Origin: Rhizodiscina lignyota
Taxonomy: Eukaryota
DNA length: 64,000 nt
Assembly: GCA_010015805.1 (NCBI GenBank)
Contig: ML978127.1
Span: forward strand, 682,001 to 746,000
Direction of reading: 5' to 3'
Part shown: one piece after another, positions 11,864-26,000 of the stretch
Numbering within the stretch: the first letter of the stretch is position 1
Layout of the letters: each line of letters begins with the position of its first letter
The notes under the pieces: generated by a model
Databases searched by the model: none
What the model was told of the DNA's origin: nothing
The model's input: only the letters and a program-made list of their open reading frames with translations
Made by a program: the position numbers and the translations under genes

Positions 11864-13545
11864 ATGGACGCCACTTCTTCAAGAAACGATTCGTCGCCAG
11901 GTAAATTGTTTCGTGAATGATGTTAGCAACAGCTAATATTTTCAAGGCACAATGCCCGCGACAACGCCTTTGAAAGAAGCAGCTCGATTTCGATGCTCCC
12001 TGTGTCCAAAGCGATTTACCCGCGGGCAAGCTCTCCGAAGTCATATGCATTCGCATACAGGTACTCGGAACTTTGAATGCGGCCCGTGTGGTAAAAACTT
12101 TGTGCGCATGAACGACTTGAGACGCCATATGCGTATCCACTCAGATGAAAAATCGTTCAGATGTTCCGATTGCGGAAGAGGATTCTCGAGGAACGATACA
12201 CTCAAATCCCATCGATCTGTTTGTCGAACCAAGAAGGATGCGTCTCCATCGCTTCCAGCATTTTCGAACCCGTCCGCATCACCACAAACGTCATCGGTGT
12301 TGCCTTCAACTCCATCTCCACCACCAATACCGGATCCTTCATCATCAAATGACCTTCGAATACTGTCGCCAGATGAGTGTCAGTGCGAGCAGCAGAGAGA
12401 CGAAATCCACGAGTATATCGAAAGCTGGATGGCTCAAGTGGAATTCGACGAGCCACCACTCGTTGATAACGAGCTCCCAGATACTCCCGAACAGCTGCCT
12501 CATATCGAAATTGTACACAGCGAATCGTTCCCTGCATCTGCGAATCTTGCAATTCAGTATTTCGCCAAAGCATGCAATGATCTTGATACAGTATCAAATG
12601 CTGCCTCGGGCGCCGCATCAGACGATCTTGACGAACGAAAATCAGGACAGGATTTAGCAGCCATATTGGGGCCTGGCCAAGTATTGCGAGACGCTCTCCG
12701 ATGGCTTGCTAATGAGGCGCTGGATGATTTTCTTAACTCACTGGATGAAAGGCAAGCAAAACGCCGGAAAATTGCTGTATCTTCCGATGCCAACAACCAT
12801 GGATTCAACATCCGAGAAGGAACAAGCAGTGGTTCTCCCCAACTCCCTCCGCTGAATAGTTCTGACCTGGGTCCACCATATACACGTGTACGTTATCCTT
12901 TATTCCTTGTATCGCATGGATCTCTAACAGTTGTAGGATTGTGCGGAATGTCGTAAACGGAACCTGTGCTGCGATCGACGGACTCCGTGCAGCCCGTGTA
13001 GTAAGGAGGATATAACCTGTGAATTCACCCCTAAAGTAGGGAGGCCGGATCTCTCAAACCCTCCGCCAGCACGCTACGAACTCCGTGAGGTCTCATCGCC
13101 ATACAGCATGGGACTGGACAGGGAGATTTCTTCTGACGCGCCTTTGGTACATTTCTCTCTAAGCGGAGACTCACAACCTGCAACAACGGAGTCTTATTCA
13201 TCATTGGCGTCTCCTCAACCAGCCCCTTTACTGCCCCAAGTACACCCGCCCGCTCTCATGCGTTGGGATACGCAATATAGGCAGCCTAGATCTTATTCTT
13301 CAGCTCCTATGCGAGCAACGTCTTCCTCCCAAGACAGTGCACAGCAGAACCAAATGGCGCTACCACTACCAGCCGCTTTGCTCAGGAAATATCCAGCATT
13401 GGCGGGCATACAATGGGACAATTCCCCGGCGAGCGAACAAGCCCAGTCGAACATGGACTGGAATGAATGGGATCATATGTTTGAAACACATAGAGGATCC
13501 CATCCTGAGCTGCAATCTATTTTTGGTCCGATTGTTTATTCATGA
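11864..13545 (+). CDS. Transcription factor with three C2H2 zinc fingers and a Zn(II)2Cys6 cluster (introns 11901-11946, 12888-12936)
   Basis: CSLC...HMHSH-TGTRNF-ECGPC...HMRIH-SDEKSF-RCSDC...HRSVC fingers; after the second intron the frame reads CAECRKRNLCCDRRTPCSPCSKEDITC and joins the 13108-13545 ORF. Confidence 0.85.
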
Positions 13546-15009
13546 TCTCGCAATATTGCATACATAGGGGGGCGGGCGATGTCAGCGAGCTGGAACCAAC
13601 TTTAGACGCCATCTTGGGATAGGGTCGGGAGCGCGATTAGGTGTCGGGTGACAAGAAGATAGCTAGTCAGATAGTTGTATGTGATATCTCGCACGGCATG
13701 ATGTTAGATGGTACGGTATACTTGTGGACTATTGTCCAATGGTTGGTCGTAATATTACTTGCATAATCAAGTTTCTCTAAGTTGCGGAAGAGCTGAGGAG
13801 GCTCCGAGGGCCGTTCTACTGTATGTTCACGCCTCTGCAAGTAGCCCTTAAAAGACTACGCTACTATTCCCAACTAACGCAGCTTCAACGCATCCGTGGA
13901 CCGTGGGCCAGGTACAAGCAGGTATCGTATCAGCCTTGCGTGGAGAAAGGGCGGCCAGATTCCTGATGTCACACATGGCATGATCATTCCATCCCATCGA
14001 CATTCAGCCTCAAATATCGAAATGTCGCTCAAAGGGCCTAGAACGCGATACGCGCTCCTATCCATCCGAATGTCTAACCAGCAGTGCCAGTGGGAGAGGT
14101 GCGGCACGGGGGACGAGTGGGATGTCCGACCCACTCCACTCCCGTCTGACTGGCGTTTGCGCGTCTGCTCTGCAGCACCACTCGCGTGTAGAACAGCAGG
14201 TTTTCTGCCCCGAGATTTGCAGGTATCGCCCGGTACCTACCTACTCGCCTAGACATGCGAGGGGCACGAGACCGATCTTCTTGCCCACCAGTCAGGGCAC
14301 CCGAGGGACCGGTCTTCGCTCCTGTGCATCGCCATGGCGTTGCAGAAGCAGCGAAGCGGTCCATCTGGCGCAGTAGTGCGGACGGCAAGCTGCTGAGGGC
14401 ATGTCAGGTCAAAGGGCGGCGTTCATGACGACACACGTGGAATAAATTCCTCGGTGTGCAGGGCAGGGATTAGTGACCGGGGGTCGCGGAGTGGTTCGAT
14501 TGATGCATAGATCTAGACTGACACACCCAGCGCGAAAGCTGGCGACTGACGGTATCGCGCCCACGGGGGCAGCAGCAGAGCAGCTGTCTCTGCCCGCAAG
14601 ACTTACAGTAAAAGCGCTGGCGGGAGGAAATAGCAGCGGCCAAGTGGTGAGGGAGTGTGTGCCGGTGCCTTGCAACTTGTAAAGGGTCCCGATCTTGGCG
14701 GCGTTAGCTTAGCGTTGCGCTTTTCAGGGTCTCCCTTAATCATGTAATCACCACACCTGCACCGTCTTCCTCCTCCACGCCTCCGGACTATTCTACAGCC
14801 AGCGCTGAACCGCTGACCTTCTGCCAGCACTCTTCTCCAGGCAGCAAATTGTCTAGAAGGCTGTGCCTGAACGCCGCCCACTTGAGCGCTCCAGACGTTC
14901 CGTTCTTGTCGACTAAGCCCAGTGACAAACCAAGCCCCTACGTCATCATCGCCGCTCTCGAATCTCTCGCGCTCTCGAATCCCTTTACTCTACCACCTAT
15001 GCGTACAAC

Positions 15010-18000
15010 ATGGCATCAACGTACGCTTTACATTGATCTCGACCACCGGCTTCACTTATCTACAGTTGCCGCACTCCTGCAATAATGGCAGCTACGATGA
15101 GCCCGACGCATACTCCTCACAGCCCTCCCCACTCGCAATCCCGTCCTCAACGTTCAACGCCTACCGCACGCTCCACCGCTCGCACACCCGCTTCAGTCGG
15201 TCAGACGCTGTCTCCTGGTGTCGCCGCTACAAGCGCTCGTACGCCGTCTGACCGAATGATCAAAGAACCGAAGGGCCAAAGTCCATCGTACTTTGGCCTC
15301 ACCATTGAGTCTGCACAAGACACTTATGGCTCCAACGAGGCCGCACAGCAGGTGCGCTCGAACTGGACCCCGCCAACAAGTAATGTGCGCAGTACGGCGG
15401 CGGCAAGTCCACATATCATACCGCTGGATCAGAACCCAGAGTTTGAGGCGTTCAAAAAGGCGAGTGAGATGAACAAGTTCAATTTCGCGAACAATCTTGG
15501 GAGACCGTCGTTCGGTAGTCTCTCTGGATTCTCACACTCTACCCGCTCTTCGGTCGATTCAGGTCGAACCGGCTTGTCAATGGCACCGCCGCCACTGTCG
15601 CGTGAGCACAGTTCTGCAGGCGCAAAACCAGTAACAGACGAGAAGAATACACACCAGAGGTCTCCAAAGAGGCTGCTGTCATCTCCCGTGCCGAATATAA
15701 CAGACAGACCCCGACGAAACTCGCCCGCTAGTTTTGACGACCGCCATGAAGAAATTGCCCGGCAAGTTGCTCGATTTGCTAACGATGAATGGCATGCAAA
15801 TCCGCATGCAAACCAATCTCTACCACCATTATTGAAAGATGCTGGGCGAACTTTATCACACCATAGAGCAGAAACGCTACCCAACAGATTTGACGGAGAA
15901 GACTCACAAGACCCTTCACGTAATGATGGACCTGTCATTGTCACACCCCAACATGTTGTCGGACTCCTTGATGCATCTAACGAGGATATCCTCCTCCTTG
16001 ACCTTCGAGTATCTACTCAATATGCACGTTCAAGGATAACTGGCGCTCTCAATCTCTGCATTCCAACCACGCTCCTCAAACGCCCTTCGTTCAACGTCCA
16101 GAAACTAGCCGAGACCTTCAAAGACCCGGAACAGCGTTCGAGATTCGAGAGATGGCGGAATAGCAGATACATCATCGTCTATGATGCTTCGACTGCACAA
16201 ATGAAGGACGCTATGACATGCGTCAATACACTGAAGAAATTTGCCACTGAGGGCTGGACTGGATACAGCTACATCATTCGTGGTGGCTTTCAAGAATTCG
16301 GCTTCAAGTTCCCGTCACTGATTGCATCTGGTGACGCAACCGGATTGTCGTCCACTTCAACAACCCTTGTTCTAGACGCTGATCGCCCTGCTGTCGCACC
16401 TGTCGTTGGAGGTTGCCCCATGCCAACTACTAAAACTGCAGCGAACCCGTTCTTTGGTAACATTCGCCAAAATATGGACCTGATTGGTGGAGTTGGCCAG
16501 ATGTCAATCAAACATCCTGCGAATCTCACGCAGCGCATAGAAGAGTCTCTACCAGAGTGGGTCCGTAAAGCTGCTGACCCACGTGATAATGGCAAGCTGG
16601 TTGCGGACAAGTTCTTCAACATTGAGAAGCGCGAGCAGAAGCGCATGCAGGAAGCTCTCTCTGGCACTGTTTCTTACGGAACACCTGGTGCAATACGGAC
16701 GCCTATGACTCCGCTTTCACCTTCTGGCATTCGAAGAAGACCCGAAGGCGGCAAGGTGCAAATCGCAGGCATTGAGAAAGGCAATAAGAATCGGTATAAT
16801 AACATCTGGCCGTATGAGCATTCGAGGGTGAAGATACAAGGCGTGCCACATGGAGAATGTGACTACGTGAATGCCAACCATGTCAAGGCGAGCTTGACCG
16901 GGAAGAGATACATTGCGACACAAGGACCAATTCCTGCCACGTTCGCTGTAAGTCCAAGCGTTCGACTGCAGATTTGCACAGATGACAATTTACTGACAAT
17001 TTCATAGGACTTTTGGAACATGGTCTGGCAACAAGATATTCGTGTCATCGTAATGCTGACAGCCGAGAAAGAAGGTGGTCAAGTCAAAGCCCACAAGTAC
17101 TGGGACGGGGGTGACTACGGCAACCTGAAGCTTAACTACCTATCCGAGCATCGTGCCTCTCTCGAGCCCGAACGCATCCACCGGCACTACTCCAACCATC
17201 GAGATCGTGCCAAGGACCAGAAGCAGGGTGCTCGCCGAGCAACCGTTACGGCGAATCCTCCTGCGCTGAAAGAAGCCTCCAGCCCAGTCAATGGGGCAGG
17301 TGAACAACCGTACGTTATTGTAAGGAGATTCAGCCTTTCGAGGAGCGACAGGCCATTCGAGAGAATGAGGGAGATCACGCAGCTGCAGTACAGCCACTGG
17401 CCCGATTTCGGCGCCCCAGCACATCCTGCCCACCTCCTCGGTCTTGTCGAGCAATGCGACGCTGTCGTGCGGCAGAGCCAGGGACTGCAAGCAACTGCGA
17501 CTGCGGGTGAGAAAGAGCGTGCAGATCAGAGACCCATACTGGTGCATTGCAGTGCTGGCTGCGGAAGGACTGGAACGTTCTGCACGGTAGACAGCGTTGT
17601 GGATATGCTGAAGAAACAGAGAGTGATGAAAGAGAAGAGGGAAAGAGAAAAGAAAGACCGGAAACAGAGTCGAGGGACGAGAGAAGCAACGCCGATGGAC
17701 TTAGACAACTCACTTTCTCCTCGGATGAGCTCACGAATGTCAATCGACGCCAGCGATCCAGACAAGTCTCCGTTCTTCGCGAACCCCACTAGTCCAAAGG
17801 ATGAGTCATTCGGTTTTACACATATGACGCCGAAAGCGAAGCCTTCAAGCGTAGAAGACGAGCTAGAGAGAGACGACATCGATTTGGTCGAGCGCACAGT
17901 GGAAGAATTCAGACTGCAGAGGCTCAGCATGGTGCAGAGTCTGAGACAGTTTGTGCTATGCTACGAGACCGTGCTGGAGTGGCTGGCGGAGCAGAACCCA

Positions 18001-18012
18001 AAAACGGCATAA
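15010..18012 (+). CDS. Protein tyrosine phosphatase with rhodanese domain (Pyp1/Ptp2/3 MAPK phosphatase type); intron 16948-17007; start at 15010 (via intron 15021-15065) or at 15085
   Basis: Rhodanese block LLLDLR...ITGALNLCIPTTLLKRPSF; PTP motifs KNRYNNIWPY, DYVNAN, YIATQGP, WPDFG, VHCSAGCGRTG, QRLSMVQSLRQF. Confidence 0.93.
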
Positions 18013-18548
18013 AGCCAATGTAGAAGAGGATGGACATGGACCTGATGGTAAATGGATACCAGTCGCATTGCGCATGGTTCTGGGAGGCAAGCATATCACG
18101 GCGCCTGGGCTGTTCAGTTTTGTGCATTTTTTCTGCTTTCTGCATGGAGAGGAGGATGGAAAGGCATACATACACGAATGCTACGGCTTCCCATGAGAAA
18201 CAGCGGGATACCTGGTCGGGCGAGGGACTTGCGAGACTTGTATGATATAGCATGCCTCTGCATTTGAGAGAGCTATAGAGTTACAGTGCGGCATTTTGAA
18301 GACACTTGTGCATGTTCCCTTTTCTTGCTGTGTATACTCATTGAGAGGGTGTTGGAATGTGTGATGAGCCTAATTTGGGCTGAAGCATGGCTCTGACTAA
18401 TTCACTTTTGACGTCTGGGCAGTTGGCAGTGACAGAAGCTAGAACTTCCATTGCTTAAAGTGAAGAGCCATCCGTCACATCATGAGGTGAGAATCACGTG
18501 AACGTATTGATATTACCATTTCGGAGATTCTTAAGTTCCGTTGCCGGG

Positions 18549-18570
18549 GCGCGTCACGACGCGTCGCGTC
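18549..18570. promoter_or_regulatory. MCB-like cluster (GCGCGT...ACGCGTCGCGT) upstream of NSE1
   Basis: ACGCGT at 18559-18564 flanked by two further CGCG cores, ~80 bp before the ATG of a DNA-repair gene. Confidence 0.5.
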
Positions 18571-18644
18571 TTCCAGCGTCAAATGCTGCATCTGATTAAT
18601 TTGTCTTCGAATCCCCCACGTCTCAAAATCGGAACCTGTTTAAT

Positions 18645-19855
18645 ATGGACACAACAATGGGATCCGAAGATGGCGACATATCAGATTACAACAATTCGCA
18701 TCGAGCCTTTCTGCAGGTGTTCCTCGCGCGGTCGGTCATGACGTTCGAAGAGGCTCAGCCAATTCTGGCGAATATATTGAGCGTGCACGGTAGGCTTCTA
18801 TTAGCATTCTCAGTCACTTTGGGCCTATATACATGGCTTTCACTGCATATGGAGGATGAATTGATAACTCATGCTTGATATCCAGACCGCCCAACGCACA
18901 TTAACGACGTAGACCTTCCCCTCTTCCGCTCCTACATCCACACCATCAACGCCGCCCTCTCACGACTAGACTACGAAATCAGACACACAATTCACCAAAC
19001 AGACAACTCCCGCAGAGCAGTATATGCGCTCGTGAACACCACATCAGACCCACAGACACAGCTCGCGACGAGCCTGAGCGCAGACGAGGTCGCGTTCGTG
19101 AAGCGGGTGCTTGATGCGATGTTCGATACGCACGGCGGCGGGCATGCTGGTGGGAGGGAGGTGTTCGCTGTCAAGGAGATGGAGGCGATACAGCTTGCAA
19201 AGGTGCCTCGGGGTAGCAATGCCGCAAGAGATTCGGGTGTTGGTATGAGCAACGACGGTAGGAATGGGGAGACACAGCAGCTACCAATCGTGGTGGGTGG
19301 CTCCGCCGCTCCGATCACAATGCAGCGTGCGCAGGAAGTGCTGGATCAGATGGTTGAGAGCGGCTTCTTCGAGCGGAGCGACGCGGGGTACTATAGTCTG
19401 GGTACGAGGGGCTTGATGGAGTTGAGAGCATGGCTGCAGGAGACTTACGATGAGCCAGCGCAAGAGGGAGATACGCCAGAGGAGGTGGAGCGAGGAAAGA
19501 GAATTAGGTTTTGTGAGGCATGTCGGGACGTCGCCACCGTGGTGAGTGCTTCCATTGTATTGCTCTGGGAAACGTTTAGTCAGGAAGCGGGGATTGACGT
19601 GTTGTACAGGGCCAGAGATGCGCAAATCAAGAGTGTGGCTTCAGGCTACATGACTTTTGTGTGCAGAAGTTCTTCCACGGGCGGAGAGAGAAGAAGTGTC
19701 CGAAATGCAACACGGAATGGACAGATAAAAGCTTTGTGGGAGAAAGGGCGGCAAGAGGCTATGCTGAGTCTCGACGCAGATCCGGGGCTGGAGGTAGGAG
19801 GTCTAATGCGACAAGTAGGCGAACCACGAACGTCGGCGACGAAGACAGCGAGTAA
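18645..19855 (+). CDS. NSE1: Smc5/6 complex non-SMC element 1 (introns ~18789-18885, 19542-19609)
   Basis: YNNSHRAFLQ..., VYALVNTTSDPQTQLAT, FVKRVLDAMF, YYSLGTRGLMELRAWL, and the NH-RING CEAC...QRCANQECGFRLHDFC...CPKCNTEW. Confidence 0.92.
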
Positions 19856-20412
19856 AGGGCTGCATGGACTTATTTTTCGACGCACCTTCAATTTCATGAT
19901 ACCCCCGTTCTTTGCTACTCAAATCAAAACGGCATCAACGTTGCGCAGCATTGAATTATCGCATTGATGAGTACCATTATTTCATCTGAGTTGCGCCTAG
20001 GTGATCAACATTGCGTTGCAGCAGTCATCAATACGCAGCCCTCTCTGCGCGCAAGTGTGACAGCCTGGAAGAAGCTCCTCCGAAGATCGAACCGTATACC
20101 ATCGAACATCGCACTACTGCATTGCCACACCTTATTAGCCGCCCACTAAAAATTAATCATTTGTCCGCCTTTCGTACAAGACCGTTCCCAGGAAGCATAC
20201 AATAGTTTGAGCTTATTGCTCACTTTGAGAGAACCATTCTCGATTAGTTCGGCATAGTCAAACTAGCTCCAATGTTGGTAAAATCACAATCTTTTTGCAA
20301 TGCTGGTTCTCATCTTACCATACTCCGCGTCATGTCTCTTGGATGCACTATTAACAACCGGCTATGGATCATAGAGAATGCTTGTATAGTGTTCAAGTCG
20401 AACTAGCTAGTG

Positions 20413-21935
20413 TCAAATAGGATGGACTTCCGAGGACTTCATCTCACCAGGCTCATTGAACAGCTCGTCAACGGGATTCTTGTTCATCGCTTCGTACCAT
20501 TGCAGCACACTACTTATCAAGAATGCGCAAGAGCCCCAAAGACTCGACAGTGACGATTGGTACACAGCCCCTGAGTTCCCCGAAGCTGGACCAAGTGACC
20601 CGCACAATCTGCTCTACAATCAGCAATGCTCAAACCTGGCAGGAATAGAGGAACTAGCTTACTCGAAGCCAATGGAACCTATGAGCGCCCAGAAACCGAT
20701 CCACCATCCGAGCACCATGGGATTCGGCTTGAACCACTTCTCTTGAGTTTCTAGCGTGAATAACGCACTTGCAGTAATGAACATCGACGAGGCGACCATT
20801 TGCGGAATCCAATACGCAGCGTTGAGCTGCCACTGCTCGAGAGTGTCGAGGATACCCGGCAATGCGACTACGCCCGTCACTATGAAGGCCGTCGCACCGA
20901 CGAATTGTACGAAGCATGCCAGAAAGCCGATCTCATAGATGTGATGCGACCTGAGACTACGCCAGGTTGGCCACCAACGGAATGTCAGGTACTCGCTTGA
21001 TTCTCCCTCTTTGGCACCAAGATCCAGCGCACCTCGCCGTCGTGGTGCAGGTGCCTTTGTCGGCGGGTATACCGATCCTGGCCGCTCACGCCTCTCTTTC
21101 GTCCTCCATCCAGCTTCCGGATCCACTCTATCTGCGCGTTTCTCTGCTTCTTCTTCGTCGCGGTTCCGACGGTGCGGCACCGTGTGCTGTAAGAAAGAAT
21201 GGATTTTCTCGTCGACCATCTTCTTCTGGTCCTCTTCTCGACCTTCCAGCAATCGTCGCATTGCTGAGCCGTGGAAGGAGCCGTCGTTAACAGCTTCGAG
21301 CAAGGCCATGGTTGCGCCGACTTGGAAGCATATGACGCCCAAAAATGAAGTGATTCCCACACCGTATTCAACTTCGTTCGGAAACTCAGTGTTGGGAAAC
21401 GCGATTGGTATCCATGCGAAGCACCCGTTGATTACCCACAGTACTGAGCCTACGGTGTATCCCATTGCGGTCCACCTAGCACGGGTTGTAATTAGCAAAC
21501 GCAGAGCTCTAAAATGCATGATTATGCTTACCACGACATATCCCAGTAGCTCCATACTGTCAACATTCGCCAGACATTCCTGCCTATGTCCCGGAGGCTC
21601 GAGATAAGCGGTGGTCTATACGTGAATGGAGAGCGCGTGGTTCCAGTGGTCGGGATAACAATCGAGTTCCGGCCCTTTCTGTTGTCGCGAGAGCGCCATA
21701 GCAATGCCAGCTCTGCGGAAGTTTCTTTTGATTCATGTGCTGAAACCACACTGTCGCTGTGACTGGGAGGATCACCATGATCTCTCCATCTTATATGAGC
21801 GCGTATGCTCGTTGGATTGAAGATTCTTCCTGGACCACTAGCTCGGAAGTTTAGAAGGCTAAACCTGTCTGCCATGGATCTTGTCTCGTCTCCATCTGAA
21901 GGCGCTGGCTCATTGTTGCCAAGGAAGGTGGCCAT
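20413..21935 (-). CDS. Multi-pass integral membrane protein of unknown function (3 exons)
   Basis: Spliced ORFs give several TM helices with repeated W/F-rich blocks (YTVGSVLWVINGCF, WWPTW, WWIGFWALIGSIGFE, SSLWGSCAFLISSVLQWYEA); canonical introns ~21478-21531 and ~20609-20661. Confidence 0.8.
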
Positions 21936-23060
21936 ACCGGACTGTAAAGCTCGAACAAGCTGGAGTTGGTTGAATCGAAGAGAGTAGATAAGAGAGTCCT
22001 ATACAACGTATATATTTCAAACGTGAAAGAATACTTAGTAGAAACTCACTATAATACGCAAAGAGGGAATCGCAGAACAGCACGCGACAAGCTGCTCAGT
22101 GAGATATACTCGGCCTTCTGGCAAGGATGTGCCATTTTGCAGCAGTATGACGATGAGATGCAGCAAATACAGATTTGATGCTTACCACCACCATCGACGA
22201 CGTGTTAAGCTTGATAAGAGGAAGTGAGCCAATCACCTCGCGAGGGATTATGCGATCGGCCAGACAAGCAAAAGGAACGACATTAGGGGCCGACAGTTTT
22301 GTTACATCACGATAGAGGAAAGGGAGCCCTGACACTAGAAATGGCATCTTTTGAATGCCATGCAGACCATTTTTGCAGGATTCCGGCAAAGCAAGGCATT
22401 TTGGAGAAGTAAGACAGAGTTGTGGGTCGACGTCGATGTCGAGGGGGTTGAAGAATTTATGACAGCGGAAATTACGCCCACCCATAAATGGAATAGCGTA
22501 TCTTTTGACGAGACTTGTTTCTGTCCCAGTTCGAACCTTTCCACAACTTCATGTACGTACACAGAAGCCACCTCACAACTCTTCGATTTTCAACAGCTAC
22601 AGCAGACGCACGTTCCTGCTGATCACTTCTTCATTTGAATGAACGAGGCTGGATCGCATAGAGTTTAGGCTGCGGTGCTGGACTACTCTAAATCCCCGCT
22701 CTTCTCCGCTTCATTTCTACCTCCGCTCTTCTCGCTGTGCTTTCACCCTGGACTGGAATCTGTTCTCACGACAATAACCGGTTCGGCCCAATTAGTGTGT
22801 TGTCAGGCCATTTGAGTTACAAAACGTCATGTTGTGAGAGTCATGATCCGGGCCATGAACAGCCCGAAATCCCCGACAATTTGGTAGTCTACATGCAGGA
22901 ACAGGATCCGTGATCTACGAACCCTCTTGGATCTTGGATGATTGATTCCGGACGATGCATAAGTATGCGAGGGGCTTTAGACATCAAATTTTCATGAGGC
23001 GAATGTCACTGCCCTCCCTGCAGGAAGGCTCCATTTCATTCTCAGTCAGCGAATTCCATC

Positions 23061-26000
23061 ATGGCGAATTTACTTACTCGTCTCGTCCTCATTTCATCTT
23101 TGTTCGTAGTCTCTCTTGCAATCGGTACTGACGACCAGGTTAATGCCCCAATTGACTTCGGCACATTCCAAAACCCATCTAAAAATGTCCGACCACGATT
23201 TCGGTACTGGGTTCCTGATGCGTCGGTGAATTTGAGCACCATTGCAGAAGACATTGCAAGGGCTGGCAAGGCTGGAGCAGGTGGTGTTGAACTTCTCGGC
23301 TACTACTTCTATGGAGAGGAGCCTGGTGATGCCAGATATTCCCCTGTTCTTACAGATTGGACCAAGTATGGCTGGGGGAGTCCAGCTTGGAGTATGGCAA
23401 GTTCTGGTCTGGCAAGGTTGTTCAACGTTGATAACGTATTTTGCAGAAAGTTTGACCGATGTCGCACTTGGAGCGGTCAAGCAGAACGACTTGGTGATGG
23501 ACTTCTCGCTTGGACCAAATCAAGGCGCTGGAGTGCCTGCTCCAGTTGACGCGGACTCTGTTCAGTACAACCTTCTGCCGTTCAATATGTCGATACCATT
23601 GAATGGATCTTTTGATGGTACCCTACCAGGATGGGGCTCTGGCAAACTCGTTGCAGCTCTCACTGGTCTGGTCACTGAATCAGGACTCGCATCTTCCCGG
23701 GACCCCAGTCTCCCGAACGATATTATCGTGAATCGGACGCAGATAACGCTCTCTAATGCGTCTTTGAAGGATATCACTAGCGACGTGGATAGCTCTGGGA
23801 AAGTCTCATTCACACCATCAGCAAACACTCACGGCCTGGAGTATATCCTCTTTGCATTTTACCAAGTACATACGGAGTACCGAGAACAAGAGACGCCACT
23901 CGAATTGACACAGTTTTCGCCACAATCGCCTGTGACATCCTATCGAGAAAATGGATCTTGGGTCGTCGACCATTTTTCGAAACTTGGAGCAGAGGCGGTT
24001 ATCGGTTTCTGGGACAAGTACTTGCTAGGAGGTGATACGAAAGAGTTGATTGCTCAGGTTGGCAACTATGGTTGGGAGGACAGTCAAGAGTTTGGAAGCG
24101 CAGTATATATCTTCTGGACTGCTCAGCTGCCGACGCACTTCCAACAATATCGAGGTTACAGCCTCTTGAAGTACCTGCCGACTTTGTTTCACAATAACAA
24201 CGGATTTGGCGGCGCCGCATCTCCAACTTGGTATATCACAGACGAAACTGATGGCGGTGAAAGCCATGTGGCAGATTACAGGCAAAGCTTACATGAACTC
24301 AACAAGATGTATCTCGATGCTCTACGAGAGTGGACGAACTCGCTTGGGGTACAGCTGTCTACTCAAGTCGGCTACAATCTGCCTGCAGATATGGAAGCTC
24401 AAATTCCCAACGTCAATGCGCCGGAATGCGAGTCACTCGATTTCAGCAGTAATGTCGACGCGTACAGGCAGTTTGCGGGCCCTGCAAATCTTGCAGGCAA
24501 GCGAGTTATCTCCTCAGAATGCGGAGCAAATGCGGGCCAGGCTTACAGATTGACGATCCCGCATCTTTTGTGGGATGTAAAGCGTTCGTTTGCAGGCTCT
24601 GTGAACGCTTTCGTTTTCCACGGCCTGCCATACTCAGGATACTATCCGAATACGACATGGCCAGGCTTCACAACGTTTGATTACTCGTGAGTTGACTTGA
24701 TATCATCACAGAGCAAGGCGGAGGCTGACTTTTGAGAACAGCTACTCAGATATGCATGGCCGACACCAGCCAGCTTGGGACTTCTATCCTGATTTTATGG
24801 ATTACGTAGGCCGCTCAATGTATATCATTCAATCCGGCGTCCCAAAGATGGATATTGCGTTCTGGCTTAAGGTCACGAATTGGGCCGCTCACCAGATCTT
24901 CAGCGAATATGCACCGAATGATTTGCAAGCAGCTGGTATGTGATGATAATGCCCTGACCTGTCATAGCTAACTGCATTGCAGGATATTCATACGAGTACA
25001 TCAGTCCGGATAACTTTGCACTCCCTGAAGCATATGTTAAGGACAAAGTTTTTGCACCGAACCGACAAGCGTTTAAAGCTTTAATAGTGAGAGCCAATGA
25101 GTCTCTCACTGTCGATGGTGCCTCAAAGCTGTATGAATATGCACAAGAGGGTCTCGCTATCCTCTTCCCCGGTGGAATGCCAACGCGGTAAGTTCCTGGA
25201 AAATACTAATCCTCTGACCTCGCTGATTCGCTTTACGCACTTTAGCTTCCTCGGAGCAAATGAGACTGGCGCTCGATACGTGAATCAGACTATGCAGAAG
25301 ATCAAGTCCTTTGGAAACGCGCGAATCGTTCCAGAGGACAATCTAGCTGAAACTCTTGCCTCACTTGGAATTCACCCTCGTGCGAGTGTCAAAGCAAATG
25401 CCACATGGTACACCTACTGGCGCGAGGACGACAAGGCGAACAAGGATTACATTTACATATACAACGATGCAGTCAACAATACGATTGGCGAAGGTTATTC
25501 AACTGGTGAGGTAACCTTTGCCACAACTGGGCAGCCTTATCATTACGACGCTTGGACAGGAGATATCACAGCTATTCTGGACTATCAAGAGAGCAAAGAA
25601 GGAATCACAATCCCACTAACCCTCGCAGGGAATCAAACGACAATCATTGGCTTCCATCGCGCGGAACCCACCAAAACCAAGCCCACCAAGACCTTTCCTT
25701 CTGGTGCGTGGATATTGCCAGGCAAGGGTAGCAAACCTCCCACCGCAAAATACGCATGCGGTTCATCTTCGGCACCGTTCTCGCTCGAAGACTGGACCCT
25801 GGTCGTAGAGTCCTGGGGCGCTCCCGCAAATTTGTACGACATTGCCACAGACGCCGTCCGCACGAATCACACCTATCATATCCACGGGTTGACCTCATGG
25901 CGCAACACCACCGACGAGCTCCGCAACGTCTCCGGTCGAGGCTACTACAGTACCTCTTTCTCCTGGCCTCCACATTCATCGTCCCGCGCTCCAGATGGCG

